The notes under the pieces: model-generated | Told to the model about the DNA's origin: nothing | The model's input: the letters and a program-made list of their open reading frames with translations, nothing else | Databases searched by the model: none | In this document: positions 35,528 through 48,952 of the stretch, in pieces | Numbering within the stretch: the first letter of the stretch is position 1 | Layout of the letters: every line of letters starts with the position of its first letter | Translations under genes and position numbers: made by a program | Source of the DNA: Selaginella moellendorffii | Lineage: Eukaryota > Plantae > Lycopodiophyta | Assembly: GCF_000143415.4 (NCBI RefSeq) | Contig: NW_003314272.1 | Span: 1,306,628-1,370,627 of the forward strand | DNA: 64,000 bases | Direction of reading: 5' to 3'

Positions 35528-36145
35528 GGCGGGCGGATGAGCGCTGCGGGAATTTGACCGCGCGGAGCACCAATGCGGCCGGCTTACATCCGATGCCGCG
35601 TGGAATTCGCGATAAGTGACCCCGATCTGAGCTCCCGATCGACGATCTAGCTAGCCTAGCGCCTCTCCTCTCCAATCGCTCCGAGGACGCACAGACACAC
35701 AATCACGGACACCCAAATCCCTAGGTTGCTGCCAGCCGTTGATAGCATGCCCGGTTATCTAATGGCCACGACAACAGCACTCCTCGTGGCCGTCCAATTT
35801 ACAACGTACGGTCACGATGCAAAGGCGGCCGTCCACGTGTCCTTTTTGCCACGTTGGATTTCCGGACGTTGCGTAACACACCATGTGTCCTTGGAGATTT
35901 GACTTTCTCCAAAAACCCAAAAACTCTCTCTCGCGTCCCTCGCTCTCACGAAGAAATACGCAAACAAAAACACCGTCTTTTTTTACATTTTCATGTTCTG
36001 GGTCATGATCTTGGCGAAGTTTCGTAAGCTAGATGATTGCCAGCAAGGAGTTTGCTGCGTGATCACTACTGGATGATGCGTGTCCCACATTGTCCGAGTC
36101 GTGATAGCTGCGCTGCGCAAATTCCCTGTAGTGATTGCCGCAAAG

Positions 36146-36899
36146 CTAGCTTCCACGGGGAGCTGGAAAAAGAAAAAAAAAAAAAAGCGTTTGATTGATC
36201 ACGCGAGCTTCTGGATGAAACTTTTGGAAATGGAATGGAAAGTTTTACGTACCTTGCGGCTTGGTCGTGGTGGTGGCTTTGGGATCCTCTTCGCTCTTGG
36301 GTGTTTTCTTCTCCGTGGAAGCTCCCCTGTTCTTGAGCTCCGGAATGCCCAGCTCCTCCGCGAGATCGCCCTTGACGCTCTCGTGGAAAGGATCCATGCC
36401 TTCCTCGCTGGCGGCGTGGCCGAACCCCTCCTCGACTGACCTCGTCGCGTACTTGTCTCCGTACGCTTCAAACATAAACTCCTGGCTGCGAAAGAAAGAA
36501 ATAAAAAATCACGATGATCAGCAAAGCTCTCCCAAGATCATCACGAGGATATAAATGCTTCGCTCATTAAAATCTTTGGCCTAAAAGCTCTCACGGGAAG
36601 AACGCACGATCACGGAATGCCTATCGAAATTTCGAGAAATGCCAGTACCTGGATTTGGCGCCTCCTTTCCCGGCCTCCACCGGCTGCTGGTTAGATGGAT
36701 TCACAGGCTGATGGAGATTGTGCTCGTCCTTCTTCGTGCCCTCCCGCTGATCCATCGCCTTGCAGCAAACGAAGCCCCGGCCGCGCGAAGGAGGAGGAGG
36801 AGCAAGAAAGATGAGCGGCGATGGAGGACGATAGATCGACGCCGCTACCGCCGAGCCGAAGACCTGCTGGCGAAGAAATGAGGCTGAGAAGGGCAACAT
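36146..36899 (-). CDS. Small hydrophilic protein with transit-peptide-like N-terminus and YATRSVEEGFG motif (uncharacterised, possibly LEA-like)
   Basis: Three exons with canonical junctions; S/A/R/P-rich N-terminus followed by a charged body; last exon uncertain. Confidence 0.55.
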
Positions 36900-37036
36900 C
36901 CTGTTCTTCCCTCGGCATTCCTCTTGGGCTAGGGCTTACCTTGTATCGACGCGTGGCCCTCCTGCATGGTCAACACGTGTCGTGGAGAAGATTCTGGGGT
37001 ATATGCTGCTAGGGTTTTGGTAGGGTTTGCGGGAAA
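36900..37036. promoter_or_regulatory. 136-bp divergent spacer with ABRE/CE3-like boxes, two telo-boxes and an E2F site
   Basis: ACGCGTGGC (~36949) and CACGTGTC (~36974); TAGGGTTT twice (37010-37028); GCGGGAAA (rc TTTCCCGC, E2F) at 37029-37036 abutting the RFC ATG. Confidence 0.6.
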
Positions 37037-38533
37037 TGGCGTCCCGGGAGGAGTATGATCTTCCGTGGGTGGAGAAGTATCGGCCGCAGAAGCTCGCGGA
37101 TGTGGTTGGGAACCAGGATGCGATCGGGAGGCTCCAGGTGATTGCTCGCGATGGCAACATGCCCAATCTCATCTTCTCGGTGAGTGAAATGCGATCCCGA
37201 TTGAATGCTCGATTCTCAATCGCGTTTTGTGTGTGTCAAGGGTCCTCCCGGGATTGGGAAGACGACGTGCATTATGGCGATGGCTCACGAGATGCTGGGC
37301 GCTTTAGCCAAAGAAGCGGTGCTTGAGCTCAATGCCTCGGACGACAGGTTAGTGTTCTTCTCCATTGTTTCAAAGTTCTTCCATTCGTTTTTCAAAGTTC
37401 TTCCATTCTCTTCCAAAGTTCTTCCATTCTTTTTCCAAAGTTCTTCCATTCTTTTTCCAATTCTTTTTCCAAAGTTCTTCCATCCGTTTCTTTGTTCGTG
37501 CTTTGCATTGATCGAGGGAGCGTGATTGATCCTTTTTTTTTCTTTCAGAGGCATCGACGTTGTGCGAAACAAGATCAAAATGTTCGCTCAGAAGAAACTC
37601 ACGCTTCCGCGTGGTCGTCACAAGGTTGTCATCCTGGACGAAGCCGACAGGTTTTTACCGATCGGAAGAAAAATCATCTTTCCTGTGACGAGATCATTCT
37701 GAACTCCATTCTTCACGTGTTGTGGCAGTATGACTTCTGGTGCTCAACAAGCTCTCCGACGAACCATGGAGATTTATTCCTCCAGCACCCGCTTTGGCCT
37801 GGCGTGTAACCTGTCGTCCCAGATCATCGAGCCCATCCAGAGCCGCTGCGCTATCGTGAGATTCACGAGGCTCTCTGAGCAGGACATTCTCGCGCGGCTT
37901 CTCAAGGTCGCTGCCGCCGAGAAGGTACTCTTGGAACTTTAAAAACCATTTTTTCTAGATCTTCTTGCAATCTTGTTCTCCAGGTCCCCTATGTTCCGGA
38001 AGGCCTGGAAGCGGTGGTTTTCACCGCCGACGGTGACATGCGCCAAGCTCTCAACAATCTGCAAGCTACGTATAGCGGTTTCCAGTTTGTTAATCGAGAG
38101 AATGTGTTCAAGGTAAGGAAACCAGTCTCTTTTATTTTTGATGTTTAGAGTTTCCATATGTTTGTTTTGCAGGTCTGTGATCAACCTCATCCCTTGCTTG
38201 TGTCGACTATGATCCAGAATACACTGGCTGGAAAGATCGATGAAGCGTACCTGGGGATGAAGCAGCTGTATGATCTTGGTTACTCGGCCTCGGACATCAT
38301 CACAACGCTGTTTAGAGTCGTAAAGAACTTTGACATGCCGGAGTTCCTCAAGCTGGAATATATCAAGGTCGGTATCACGGAGTTAATTAGAAACTTTACG
38401 ATAATCAAATTCTCTTGTATTGCAGGAAGTAGGCTTTGCGCATATGAGGATCGCAGAGGGTGTAGGCTCGCTGCTGCAGCTAACTGGGCTCTTAGCGAAG
38501 CTTTGCTTGCTCAGGGAGAAAGCGAAAGCGTGA
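37036..38533 (+). CDS. RFC2: Replication factor C small subunit (human RFC2 / yeast Rfc4 type)
   Basis: [55 protein letters not shown] motif, [12 protein letters not shown] and KVCDQPHP. Confidence 0.95.
37368..37490. repeat. Intronic minisatellite, about 5 x 21-22 bp (CAAAGTTCTTCCATTCTTTTC)
   Basis: Visible tandem units in RFC intron 2. Confidence 0.8.
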
Positions 38534-38571
38534 AAGCGTCGAGTCGTCGAACACGAAAATTTGTTACCTCC

Positions 38572-41058
38572 TTACATCTTCGCTGCGCCTGCTTCCTTGA
38601 GAGCTTTGGCGTGCTTCAGTATGGCCGAGGCCGCAGTTTCGTTTCCCGCGGAAGACAAAGCTCCTCCGGGAGGAGTATCCACCAGCCTCTCCAATGCCTC
38701 GAGTTGATCGTATGGTGCAACCTGCGTGACAATGTTTAACACTTGTGCTAACTTCCTTTTCATATAAATCGTTACCTGATTGAATCCATCGGGCCAGCTT
38801 ATCATCACGGCATAATTTCCCAGAGGCTGAATGGCCTCGGGTTCGATGTCTTCGCGCACGTCTCCATAGCGTAGCTTTTGTTCGCCTGTCCATTCGTCCT
38901 GCTCAGAAAAGCATAAGATTCTCCGAAGTCTATTTCTAGGTAGACTTACTATACTTTTCGCGGACCGATCATTTCGACGAACAGTTGCTGGATGCAAATA
39001 AAATGGTTCTTCTGTTCCGGGGACTTTGACTTTGATTGCCCGCATTGCTTCGTCATAAGTTACTGCTGTGGACACTTGCTGGCGTATTTTGGCACACTGT
39101 TGAACTACACACACTCCCAGCTCGGAAAAGGACCTTGCAACGTCGCCTTGAGGGTCATGGACGACTTCCGGAGTGCCACTATCTCCTGCTGCAGAGAGCT
39201 GGGACAAAACAGAAAGAGTAAGTAAAGGCAACTACGGCTTTGTACAGTCTTGCCTCTGGTCTAATGGGAAATTCGAACAAGTTGGAGATGCCAAATTGTT
39301 GGACCACCTACAGAATCAAATATCAGGCTGCATCTTCAAAGGCTAAAAAGGTGTCACCTGTTTTCCCGAGCCCCTGCCGAAAGGGTAGTACCTCTTGCCA
39401 TCTGCATCGAAGTAGCACATATTCTCCACCACGGCCAAGCACGGGACCTAGCATTCGGAAAAGATGCTAATAACTCTACTGAAGAAAGTCAAAAAACGCT
39501 ACCTTAAGCTTTGAAAACATTCGCACTCCTTTGGCAACGTCAATGAATGCAAGCTTCTGTGGCGTCGTAACTATAACAGCTGCTGTCAAAGGCACAACCT
39601 GCCGAAAAGCTAACAAAGATTAGTATGCCAAAAGCTAGTCGAAGATAGTAACCTGGCAGAGTGTAAGCTGAATGTCTCCTGTTCCAGGCGGCATGTCAAT
39701 TATCAGATAATCCAGCTCTCCCCTGAAAATCAACTCTGAATTATGCCTGTTCCTCAAGAGCACGCATGAAACATACCAATCGGTAGTTGTGAGGAGCTGG
39801 TTAATGACTCCAGAAACCATTGGTCCCCTCATAATTGCTGTACCCTGTCCAGCGAAACCGAATGATACTAGTTTGACTCCAAGGTATTCGGTCGGTATTA
39901 TCTGTTTGGTGTCTTCGACCTATAGCAACAGAAACTTCAATGAAATCCCTTGGAAGTAAATGAAATGAAGAAAGTGATGAAGACTTACTACCTCACCATT
40001 TGCAACACCCGCAGCTCTGGAGACACCATTGTCGGCAAGCTTGGCCCATAAACATCAGCGTCGAAAATTCCAACTTTGGCTCCCATTCCCGCCAGGGAGT
40101 ACGCAAGATTTACCGCAACTGTGGACTTGCCGACGCCTCCCTGAGTAAATGGCATTGACAAAGTCCTCGAACAGTAGAACGGGAGATGGATACCTTGCAG
40201 CTGGAAACTGCGATGATGTTGGAGACGTTTTGGAGACTTCGTGGGAGGCCCTCGGCAGCGAGAGCCTTTGCTGGTTGTGCGCTCATGGTGACTTTCACAT
40301 TGGTGACCCACGGGAGAGCGGCGACCTTCTCTTTCGCTTGCTGCTCAAACTGTATGCAAAGAGCTGCAAGATGTTTAGCTGACTAGATGGTGAATAAAGC
40401 AGCAAACTTACCATGTCCTTGACAGGGCAGGCCGGCGTTGTGAGCTCAAGTCGGAAGGCGACCTGGTTGCGTTATGATAGAAGAAAACAAAGTCGTTGCT
40501 GTCACGAGAGTTTTTGGGAGCAAACCAAGAACGCACCAACCTCACCAGAAGATTTGTCCGCTTGCAAGTCTTTCACAAATCCACAGGTTACAATGTCTGC
40601 GCCAAAGTCGGGATCGATGATGGTGGAGAGCGCAACAAGAACGTCATGGCCACCATTCGTTGCAACCTCTACGAAGAAAAAAAAAAAGGATTCAAGCGTC
40701 ACGAATCTGAGATTCGAGCTCATACCTGTACTGGAGATCGTACTGCGGCGTGTGAAAGAATCCGCAGAACCTCGCTTTCGTCCAATGGAGAGACACAAAG
40801 TCTCTTTCTCGACTTTAAATTTGATGCAAGAAGAAGAGGATGGAAGTCTCATCAAACGAAGATTGCGCTCGCTAGTTCGGCTGGTGAGTTTGGTAAGAAG
40901 ATGCGCAGCTGTTCACGACATGACCGCATTGTTAGAGAAAGAATCCATTCGATAGAACTCTCGAAGAATGCTCGCCTCGATAGCTCTAGAGGAATGCGCA
41001 AAATCACAAGAACACACTCACCGAATCCAATCGCCGGAGCGCAAGAGCTCGACGCCAT
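38572..41058 (-). CDS. HCF101: HCF101, plastid [4Fe-4S] scaffold (DUF59 + Mrp/NBP35 ATPase + C-terminal DUF971)
   Basis: [43 protein letters not shown]|[41 protein letters not shown] and [13 protein letters not shown]...PLGNYAV..WPDG; start codon approximate. Confidence 0.93.
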
Positions 41059-41715
41059 ACCGCGATGCTCCTGCCCTAGCATAAACCCCTTGCTGGAGAA
41101 TTTGTATGGCGCAGAGGCGGTCTATCCAAACCGGACACGTGTCGACATCCCAGCGGTTGAGAATCCGTGAACGTTGCCGAGTCAGCCCTAAATATCGCCG
41201 CCGTTGAAGCGTTACGATATCGCCGCCGTCCACGTGTAGCCGTCAGGTGACGGGCATGACGGGCGCTGGCATATTTCTCGAGCAGGAGTAGGGGTTATTA
41301 CAGGGCTGTGCGCAATCAACGCAGCGGAGGGCGCTCGCCACGGCGCCTCCTCAGCTATGGTGGACGAATGTCGCCACACTCGCCGCGAAATCCACTCTTC
41401 CAGGGCCAGCGGCGTCGCCAATCCGCAGCTCCACGGCTCGTAGCGGGAATGGTGGATTTCGGGGCTTTGACGGCGCAGCTGGATGGAGCAATGCAGCTAT
41501 GCTGATGAGGAGAATGGAGGCGCCGGGTAGCATGCAGTGAAGCTCTCCCAGAGATTGAAAGGTATGGCTCGGTTTGATCCAGTAGAGGCGTAGATCAGGC
41601 AATCCTAGTGCTTCCATACTCGTGATGTTCTTGGATCTTCACACGCTTTCCTTCTCTGTTTTTATTTTTCTTTTTTCGAAATTTTTCTGTAGTAAGGTGT
41701 TTACATTCGCAGGCG

Positions 41716-44700
41716 ATGGCTTGCGATGTGAAGTCCCCGCCGGTGCAGAGCTTGAGGATTTCTCCGACACTCTCGGGGATGGAAGATCCGGACGGAGTTC
41801 TCGCCAGCGTTGCCCAATGCATCGAGCAGCTCCGGACGACTTCCACGACTCCCCAAGACAAGGAATCGGTCTCCAGGAAGCTCTACGCTCTTGCGGACTC
41901 TCGGGAAGACGCACGAGTCGCCGTGAGCTCTCACGCGCAGGCGATCCCGCTCTTGGTGACGTTGCTCAGATCGGGAACTGTGGCGGCTAAGATCAACGCA
42001 GCAGCCACTCTGGGAGTTCTTTGCAGAGAAGAGGACCTGCGAGTCAAGGTACTACTCGGTGGATGCATACCACCTTTGCTCTCGCTGCTCAGGCTCGGGT
42101 CCGCGGATGCTCAAACAGCGGCAGCAGTGGCCATCAACGCAGTGACGCGAGGGGGAATCAGAGATCATGTTGGGTCACGGATCTTCTCCACGGAAGGTGT
42201 GGTGCCGAGTCTGTGGCAGCAGCTGCAATCTTCGCCAAAACTGGATTCGGCAGTATATGGTCTTCTCACAGGTGCCTTGAGGAATCTATGCAACAGCACA
42301 GACGGGTTTTGGTCAGCCACCTTACAGGCAGGAGGTGTGGACATTTTGGTGGACCTGTTGCAAACGGGACGTTCGGATGCTCAGGCAAATGCTTGCTCGC
42401 TCCTGGCGTGCTTGATGACAGCTGCCGAGTCCAGCCGCTCACTAGCGCTGAACGCTGGCGTGGTGCCGCCACTGCTCAAGCTCCTGGCACCTGGGAATGA
42501 AGTGTCAGTTCGAGCGGAAGCAGCCGGAGCACTTCGAGCAGTGTCGCTCGAGCACAGGGACGCAAGCCAGGCGATTGCAAGCGCAGGGGGGATCACTAAG
42601 TTGATTGCCGCAACGGTGGCACCATGTAAAGAATTCATGCAAGGGGAATACGCTCAAGCTCTGCAGGACAATGCTATGGGTGCTCTTGCAAATATATCCG
42701 GGGGGATGTCAGCTGTGATCTTGAGTCTCGCCAAGGCCGTGGAGGCTTCGCAGTCGGATTCTCAATCGGCTGACACGATTGGAGCTCTTGCTTATGCGCT
42801 TATGGTGGTTGACGGGAAATCAGAGAATGCAGAGACCGTCAACCCAACGATTATAGAGCGGATTCTGGTAAAGCAGCTCGACACTAAAAAGGCTGTCCTA
42901 GTTCAAGAACGTGTGATTGAGGCAATGGCTAGCCTCTACGGGAACGCATTTTTGGGTCAGCGATTACAGCACGCCGATGCAAAGAAGATGATGGTTGGTT
43001 TGGTTACCTTGGCCAACACTGACATTCAGGAGGAACTTATGACGTCTCTTAGGAAGCTGTGCGGTGGTAAAGAGGATTTGTGGCGATCACTTCGGGGCCG
43101 AGAGGGAGTGCAGCTACTTATATCGTTACTCGGCCTTTCGTCAGAGCAGCAGCAAGAATATGCAGTTTCGCTGCTTTCCATCATGTGCGAGGAGATTGAC
43201 GAAAGCAAGTGGGCCATCACTGCTGCTGGTGGCATACCTCCGTTGGTACAGCTTCTCGAAACGGGTTCTACGAAAGCTAAGGAGGACTCGGCTGCTGTGC
43301 TTGGAAATCTCTGCAGTCACAGTGAGGAAATTCGTGCATGCGTGGAAACGGCGGACGCGGTGCCTGCACTGCTTTGGCTTCTCAAAAATGCTGGTCTTAA
43401 AGGACAGGATATCGCAGCACAAACTCTCACGCAGCTGGTTCGAGACTCCGATGCAAGCACAATCAGTCAACTTAGTGCCATGCTGACAGGGGATCTGCCC
43501 GAGTCGAAGGTTTACGTCCTGGATGTGGTCGGCTGTTTGCTCTCGGTTGCCTCTGAGAACGATATCCTTCGGCATGAGGCAGCGGCAAACGACGCCCTGC
43601 AGACTGTTGTCCGTCTGTTAACTTCGGGCAAAACGGATACACAGGGCCGTGCTGCTTCCGTCTTGGCGAACGTCTTTAACTTGAGGAAGGACATGAGGGA
43701 GAGCCAGGTCGTTGCGGAGAGCATTGGACCGTTGATTCATCTTGTGAAAGACGGACCAGAGGCGACTGCGATGCAGGCTGCAAAAGCACTTGCTGCACTT
43801 TTCCGTTCGGTTGAAGCAAACTACTGGATATCCAACGCTGCGAAGCATGCCATCCTGCCGTTGATATCGCTCGCAAAGTCTTCGAACAACGAAATAACTG
43901 AGGTCGCGATTACGGGACTGGCTTATCTTCTACAAAAGACTGAAGTAGCCGTGGAGGCTCCAGCGGAGGAAATTATTCTACCTCTCACCAGAGTTTTACA
44001 TGAAGGCTCTCCAGTAGGGAAGGAGAATGCAGCAAGAGCTTTGGTGCAGCTTCTGAATGCTTGTCCAGTGGATGATGCGTTTGCTGATCGCATCCACGAG
44101 TGCGGGACGGTTCTTGCACTCGCGGCGACAGGCTTTGAAGTGGCTGTTTCGTCTCAGGCACTCGAGGCACTGGCTTTACTAGCTAGAGCAAAGCGCGGAG
44201 GCACTTCTGGCCGCCCTCCATGGGCTGTTCTCTCCGAAGTTCCCGAGAGTATCAGTCCCCTCGTCACTTGTCTCGCTAGCGCAGTACCGGAGTTTACAGA
44301 GAAGGCAATCAAGGTCCTGTCAAGGCTCTGTCGTGACCAGCCCGTGGTCTTGGGAGACATGATTGCAGGCACGTCTACCTGCGTCAGAGCACTGGCAGAC
44401 CGGGTGGTAAACTCCTCCAGTTTAGAAGTACGAGTTGGCGCAACCTCTCTTTTGATTTGTGCCGCCAAAGGACACCGAGAGGACGTCATAGACGTCTTGG
44501 ATGAAGACAACAGCACTCTTTCTCTCGTTCACGCACTCGTGGAGATGCTGTTACTGAACTCACCTGAAGACAACTTGAGCAGTGGGGATTTCGACAACGC
44601 AGAAACTCGGTCGAGTGTTCAAGCAGGGCAGCACGAGTGTGATCCAGCTGCTGCACTCGGCGCTACTGTCGCTCTGTGGCTGCTTGCTCTAGTAGCATCG

Positions 44701-47700
44701 CATGATAACAAGCACAAGGTAGCAATCATGGAAGCGGGTGTCATCGATGTTCTCACCGAGAAACTGGCGAACTTTGTTCCAAATGCGCGTCAGGTAATTT
44801 ATCTCTTATGTTTATTGGTCGCTCAACTGACTTGTGTTTCCCTTTGCAGGCGGAGGTTGAGAATATTGGAAGCACCTGGGTGAGTGCTTTATTACTAGCT
44901 ATATTGTTCCAAGATCGAGAGGTTACTCGTTCTCCGGCAACAATGCGTGCTGTTCCGTTCCTTGCCATCCTTCTAAAGTCCGAAGAAGCCACCGACCGGT
45001 ACTTTACTGCTCAAGCTCTTGCCAGCCTCGTATGCAATGGTAGTCGGGGAACAGTTCTGGTGGTAGCTAATTCTGGAGCGGTTAGTGGCCTTATACCGCT
45101 TCTTGGCAGTGTGGAAGCTGATATCTCCAACTTGGTTACCTTGTCAGAGGAGTTTTCTCTCGTAAGCAATCCTGACCAGGTTGCTTTGGAGAGACTATTC
45201 AGGGTGGATGACGTAAAGTATGGTGCGACTGCTCGGAAAGCCATTCCTGGTTTGGTGGATCTTCTCAAGCCGATAGCAGACCGACCTGGTGCTCCTCCAC
45301 TGGCCTTGGGTTTACTGACGCAGCTCGCAAGCGGAAACAATTCAAACAAGCTGGCAATGGCAGAAGCCGGAGCACTTGATGCACTGACGAAGTATTTGTC
45401 TCTCGGCCCTCAAGACACCTACGAGGAGGCTGCTGCCGAGCTACTTAGGATTCTTTTTACTTGCCCCGACCTCCGACGTCACGAGTCTGCTCCTGGTGCT
45501 GTTGATCAGTTGGTAGCTGTTTTACGACTTGGCACACGGAGTGCCAGGTTCACTGCTGCCAGGGCCCTGCAAGGTTTATTTTCTTCGGACAACATCAAGG
45601 CTTCCGACGTAGCTGGTCAGGCTATTCAGCCGCTAGTCGAGATGTTACAGTCGGGTGCAGAAAGGGAGCAGCAAGCTGCAGTTGGTGCTCTGATGAAGCT
45701 ATCAGCGGACAATCCTCCGAAGGCTCTTGCTATAGCAGATGCGGAACCAAATGCACTGGAAAGCTTGTGCAAAATTCTCTCTACGAATTGCACTCTGGAG
45801 CTCAAGGAGGAGATCGCCGAACTCTGCCGGGTTCTCTTTTCAAGCTCCCGTGTTCGGGCGACACCAGCTGCTACAAGCTGCATTGAACCTTTGGTGACAC
45901 TTCTCTGTTCTGAGAGCGACACTGCGCATTACGCCGGTGCTCGAGCTCTGGACAACCTCCTCGATGATGAGCAGCAAGCAGAAGCAGTAGCAGCCTATGG
46001 TGCGGTGGTTCCATTGGTGGGAATGATGGTCGGTGCCAATTATAACGTACACGAGGCTGCAGTTAGCTGCTTGATCAAGCTGGGGAAAGACAGGCCTCTC
46101 TGCAAGCTGGACATGGTGAAAGCCGGGGTCATTGACAACGTTCTCGAGAGCTTGTTCGCGGCTCCGGATTCTCTATGCTCGTTGAACGCGGAGCTCTTGA
46201 GAATTCTGACAAACAACAGCAGCATTGCAAAAGGAGCGTCGGCATCAAAGGCAGTTGAACCTTTATTCCTGTCGCTGAGTCGGCCTGAGCTGAGCACCTC
46301 CGGGCAGCACAGTGCAATGCAGGTGCTCGTCAACATTCTGGAGAAACCACAACGTGTGGCAAATTTGAACCTGTCTCCCAATCAAGCGGTCGAGCCTCTT
46401 GTGCTACTTTTAGACTCGGCATCACAGCCCGTGCAACAACTCGCTGCGGAGCTGCTCTCGCTACTGCTTGCCGAGGAACACTTTCAGAAGGATATCGTGA
46501 CGCAGCTGGCCGTTGCGCCACTGGTGAAGCTTGTAGGAGCTGCAGTGCAGGGACTGCAGCAGAAGGCACTCAAGGCACTGGAGTGGGCTTCAAACAGCTG
46601 GCCAAATGCTGTTGCGGACGCTGGTGGAATCGCGGAAATTTCCAAGGTTATTTTACAGGTTGATCCTCTGCCACCCCATGCTCTGTGGGAGTCTGCAGCT
46701 TCGGTTCTCTCCAACATACTGCGGTTCAGCTCTCAGTACTTTTTACAAGTTCCAGTTGCGGTGCTGGTCAAGCTGCTGCGTTCTATCTCGGAGGCTACCG
46801 TCGTCGTGTCACTGAGCGCACTCTTGGTCATCGAGAGGGACGACGCATCTAGCGCTGAGGTAATGGCGGAAAGCGGGGCTGTCGAAGCTCTGCTAGAACT
46901 TTTGCGCTGCCACCAGTGCGAGGAAGCGACAGCACGGCTTTTAGAAGCGCTTTTCAACAATGTGAAGGTCCGTGACATGAAGGTCTGCAAGCTGGCGATC
47001 TCTCCGTTGTCGCAGTACCTTCTGGATCCTCAAACCAGGATTCAACCGGCGAAACTTCTAGCAGCCTTGGCTCTGGGGGATATATTCCAGAACGAAGGCC
47101 TTTCACGAACGACAGACGCCGTCTCGGCATGTCGTGCTTTAGTCAGCTTGCTGGAGGATCAACCGACCGAAGAGATGAAGATGGTAGCTGTCTGTGCTCT
47201 GCAGAACCTGGTCGTAAACAGTCGCTCGAACAAGCGTGCTGTCGCCGAAGCTGGAGGTATCCAGGTTGTGCAGGAGTTGCTCTCCTCTAGCAACTTGGAG
47301 ACTGCTGCACAGTCGGCTGCTTTGCTGCGATTATTGTTTTCGAATCACACCATCCAGGAGTACGCGTCAAGCGAAATCATCCAAATACTTTCAGGTAATG
47401 GTCACCCTTTCACGTTTTCGGTAAATAACTAATTTCTGTTTTCGGCTGCAGCAACTATAGAAAAAGATTTGTGGTCCACCGCGTCGGTGAGTGAGGACGC
47501 GTTGAGGGCCATGGACGTCCTTTTCCTCAACTTTCCCAGGCTCCGGGGCACGGAAGAGGCGACGCTTTGCATCCCTCAGCTCGTTGCGGCGCTCAAAGCT
47601 TCTAGCTCGGAAGCAGCTCAGGAGGCTGCACTGGATTGCCTTTATCTGCTAAGGCAAGCCTGGTCGTCAAGTCCCGCGGAGGTTGGCAGAGCGCAGTCGT

Positions 47701-48282
47701 CAGCAATGGCGGAGGCAATCCCGGTATTGCAACTTATGATGAGGTCGGGGCCCCAGCATCTTCACGAGCGGGTGGACAGCCTCCTGCAATGCCTACCGGG
47801 GAGTTTGGTTGTTACTATCAAGCGTGGTATGAACTTGAAGCAATCGATGGGCAGCACGAATGCTTTTTGCAAGCTCACCTTGGGAAATGGCCCTCCTCGG
47901 CAGACAAAGGTGAATTCCAGTTCTCTCTTCTTGAGGTTCTTATACGTTTCTATCGCATGATTGCAGGTTGTGTCGCACAGCACTACCCCGGAGTGGAAGC
48001 AAGGCTTTGCATGGGCTTTTGACACGCCTCCAAAAGGACAGAAGCTACATATTTCCTGCAAAAGCAAGAATGCATTTGGAAAGGTTTTGAAACTTCTCAG
48101 TAGCCTCTCAGTCGCTGATGTGTGCTTTTGGTTGACAGGGCTCGCTAGGAAAAGTAACAATTCAAATCGATAGAGTAGTGATGGTTGGCACCATAAGTGG
48201 CGAATATCAGCTGAAACCGGACATGAACCGAGATGGTTCTGCACGAGTATTGGAGATTGAGTTCCAGTGGTCTAACAGGTAA
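41716..48282 (+). CDS. CSI1: CELLULOSE SYNTHASE INTERACTIVE 1-like (ARM repeats plus C-terminal C2 domain), ~2100 aa
   Basis: [95 protein letters not shown] and [10 protein letters not shown]. Confidence 0.95.
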
Positions 48283-48952
48283 CCCGAGAAGGTATCTTCT
48301 TCCAAGTTTTTGTTCCTTTTTTTTTCTTTTTTCTTTCTTTCTTTCTTCCTGTCTTTCTCTCTTTTCTTTCGTCCCCATTCACATAACCCCAGAGGAGAAC
48401 TAGCAAAGCAGGTGGCTTGGCTTGGATTTACTCCTGTATATGTTGTAGGCATTCTTAAGATTTGTAGTCCTTCGCTTGGGACGATGGTATTCATCGTCCC
48501 TTACTTGCTCCTGGCTGGCTTGTTTACATAGCTGGCTGCTGAAATGTGTAAAGTGGTGGTGTTGCTGCTGAAAAATAGGAAATTTTTGTTGTTTTTTAGG
48601 AAGGACAAGCGAGTCGGCTGAGTTTTCCTTGTGTGCTTTTGTTTGTTTCGTGTGATTATTGCTTTGTTATTATTGAGCTATCATGATCTCCATCAAACCA
48701 AAAGGTTAGTTCTCTGGTTCTTGCTGGTCAAAGCCATTTGAATCAGGGTTTGTGTTTCATAGGTGGGAGCAAAAACTAAAGAGCCGACTTGTCGGCTGGC
48801 AAGCGGATCGGACAAAGCCTGTGCATCGACTGGTTATATTGCCTTCGCAGGTTTGGTTGTTTTTCTTTCTTTTTTCTTCTTCTCGGTTTGTTAGAGTTTT
48901 TTTCCCCTTTTTCTCTGGCACAGTCTCCGCTGTGTAGGTGGTTTGGAGAAAC

